Shown: positions 63,101 through 64,000 of the stretch, piece by piece | How positions within the stretch are numbered: the stretch's first letter is position 1 | Layout: every line of letters starts with the position of its first letter | NCBI GenBank assembly: GCA_964016885.1 | Contig: OZ024756.1 | Span: 40,052,001-40,116,000 of the forward strand | Reading direction: 5' to 3' | From: Eledone cirrhosa | Taxonomy: Eukaryota | DNA length: 64,000 nucleotides | The notes under the pieces: generated by a model | Databases searched by the model: none | What the model saw: the letters and a program-made list of their open reading frames with translations, nothing else | Told to the model about the DNA's origin: nothing | Translations under genes and position numbers: made by a program

Positions 63101-63917
63101 ACAAAGCAAAATGTCTATATAATATATATAAATATATCAGAAACCAGAACATTATTCTATGAGAGTTCCTTATACTCTGAAGAAGGGAATTTTAAGTCCC
63201 GAAATATTAGGTCGAAAGAAACAAAAAAGATTATCAGGTAACTAAGGTTTTCGTTGCCCTCATCTTACAGTCCATTTCGTATTGTTTAGCCTTATCACAT
63301 ATATATCACTTTCCACATTATGATCAATAAATCAACTTACGCTACTCCATGTATGGTTAGTTGCGGGTTCACCTCAGCACGAGAATCTTCCTTACTTTGA
63401 GTAAGAACGTACCCTAGAAAATAAATACATTAAAATGTTTCAGTCACCCTTCAAATATAAACAAGTAACAACTCAAAACAACTATTCCAAGACTTTTGAG
63501 GCTTCATTTCCACTGGGACCTCTTTGTATATCTTCAGTCAATGATCATCATCCATACACATCCCATGTTCATCCTACACTATCTTCAGCCAGTGACCATT
63601 ATCCATACACATCACATGTTCATACTAGTACTATCTTCTACCCTGCACACTGTATCCGATTTCTCTTACACCCAGTTTTTCTCAGTTAATTCATGCGTCA
63701 TCAACCATGCACACTAACATTACACATCCAATAGAGCATGCTCAATTCATTTGTTTCCAGCCTTTGCCTATCTTCAAACAAAACAAAAAATAAAACAACT
63801 TAATTCACTGACCAACAACACTGACAGTTGTGGAGCTGGCTCCCATGTCATAGAATATAATATATTGTGGTTTGTTGCTGAAATCTTTTCGACGGAATAC
63901 TCCATAATTCAAGGCAA
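52488..63917 (-). CDS. HYOU1: Hypoxia up-regulated protein 1 / GRP170 (ER Hsp110-type chaperone), 16 3' exons, 5' end beyond the window
   Basis: Exons: 63813-63917, 63341-63413, 62772-63093, 62337-62419, 61748-61880, 60785-60957, 60191-60332, 59926-59989, 59312-59382, 58721-58834, 58136-58273, 57430-57560, 56457-56667, 55610-55831, 53303-53546, 52488-52582. All GT-AG with consistent phases. Motifs: [88 protein letters not shown], ending HRNDGEL*. Confidence 0.95.
53681..55540. repeat. 85-bp satellite, 22 copies, derived from an RTE LINE 3' end, filling most of a HYOU1 intron
   Basis: GAGATTCAGC recurs at 53681, 53766, 53851 and so on to 55467. Confidence 0.95.
56732..56870. repeat. 48-bp tandem repeat x3 of a TTAACCC-starting MITE terminus
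   Basis: TTAACCC..TGTCA..ATATTTCTAATGAAAGACACT. A single copy lies at ~59756 and reverse copies at ~47640 and ~49490. Confidence 0.75.
58467..58683 (-). mobile_element. piggyBac-like MITE
   Basis: Reverse copy of 19089..19306 with TTAA at both ends. Confidence 0.78.
59062..59205 (-). mobile_element. CRE-like (restriction-like endonuclease) non-LTR retrotransposon C-terminal relic
   Basis: GC-rich island translating to [26 protein letters not shown], matching the QR.S.A..RGNA..IL terminal motif of CRE-type elements. Confidence 0.65.
61919..62266. repeat. 54-bp tandem repeat, ~6.5 copies, in a HYOU1 intron
   Basis: Unit TTGATCAGAGATGACCCAGATAAACCCTTCAAGACTATAATTTTAAAAGCA. Confidence 0.95.
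63172..63215 (+). ncRNA. Minimal hammerhead-like motif, antisense within a HYOU1 intron
   Basis: ACT-CTGAAGA-A-GGGA attttaag TCCC-GAAA-TATTA-GGT. Confidence 0.5.
63600..63765 (-). mobile_element. RTE LINE 3' fragment
   Basis: The reverse complement aligns with 31575..31740 (..[16 protein letters not shown]..). Confidence 0.65.
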
Positions 63918-64000
63918 CTGTAATGAGAAATATTTTCAATTAACTTCTGGAAAGAGTTATTTGCCAAAAAAAATCAGATCCTTCAACAGAATCATTTAAC

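Noticed and set aside
21538-63917. U12-type or other non-canonical introns
   Set aside because: All inferred introns are GT-AG and none has the [GA]TATCCTT donor.

Overview
AT-rich, repeat-dense animal genomic DNA. The SINE, RTE and MITE repertoire suggests an octopod cephalopod, which is my inference from repeat style. Five protein genes could be built by hand: RECQL5 (5'-truncated, + strand, 1 intron in 4.1 kb), intronless ISCA2 (-) head-to-head with an intronless SLIRP-like RRM gene (+), a complete but divergent 22-exon NSF (-, 741 aa) and 16 3' exons of HYOU1/GRP170 (-). Most other ORFs in the track are microsatellite or tandem-repeat artefacts. Strongest observations: (1) NSF intron 16 holds a 54-nt inverted copy of NSF exon 7 plus its splice acceptor, a candidate long-range exon-complementary sequence for ADAR editing or splice control; (2) about nine hammerhead-ribozyme-like motifs with covarying stems, clustered in a perfect 154-bp-arm palindrome in NSF intron 1; (3) a candidate alternative last NSF exon; (4) an SF3B1-type UHM-ligand motif ([10 protein letters not shown]) in RECQL5; (5) two satellites amplified from pieces of an RTE LINE tail. 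All alignments and folds were done by eye and repeat boundaries are approximate.
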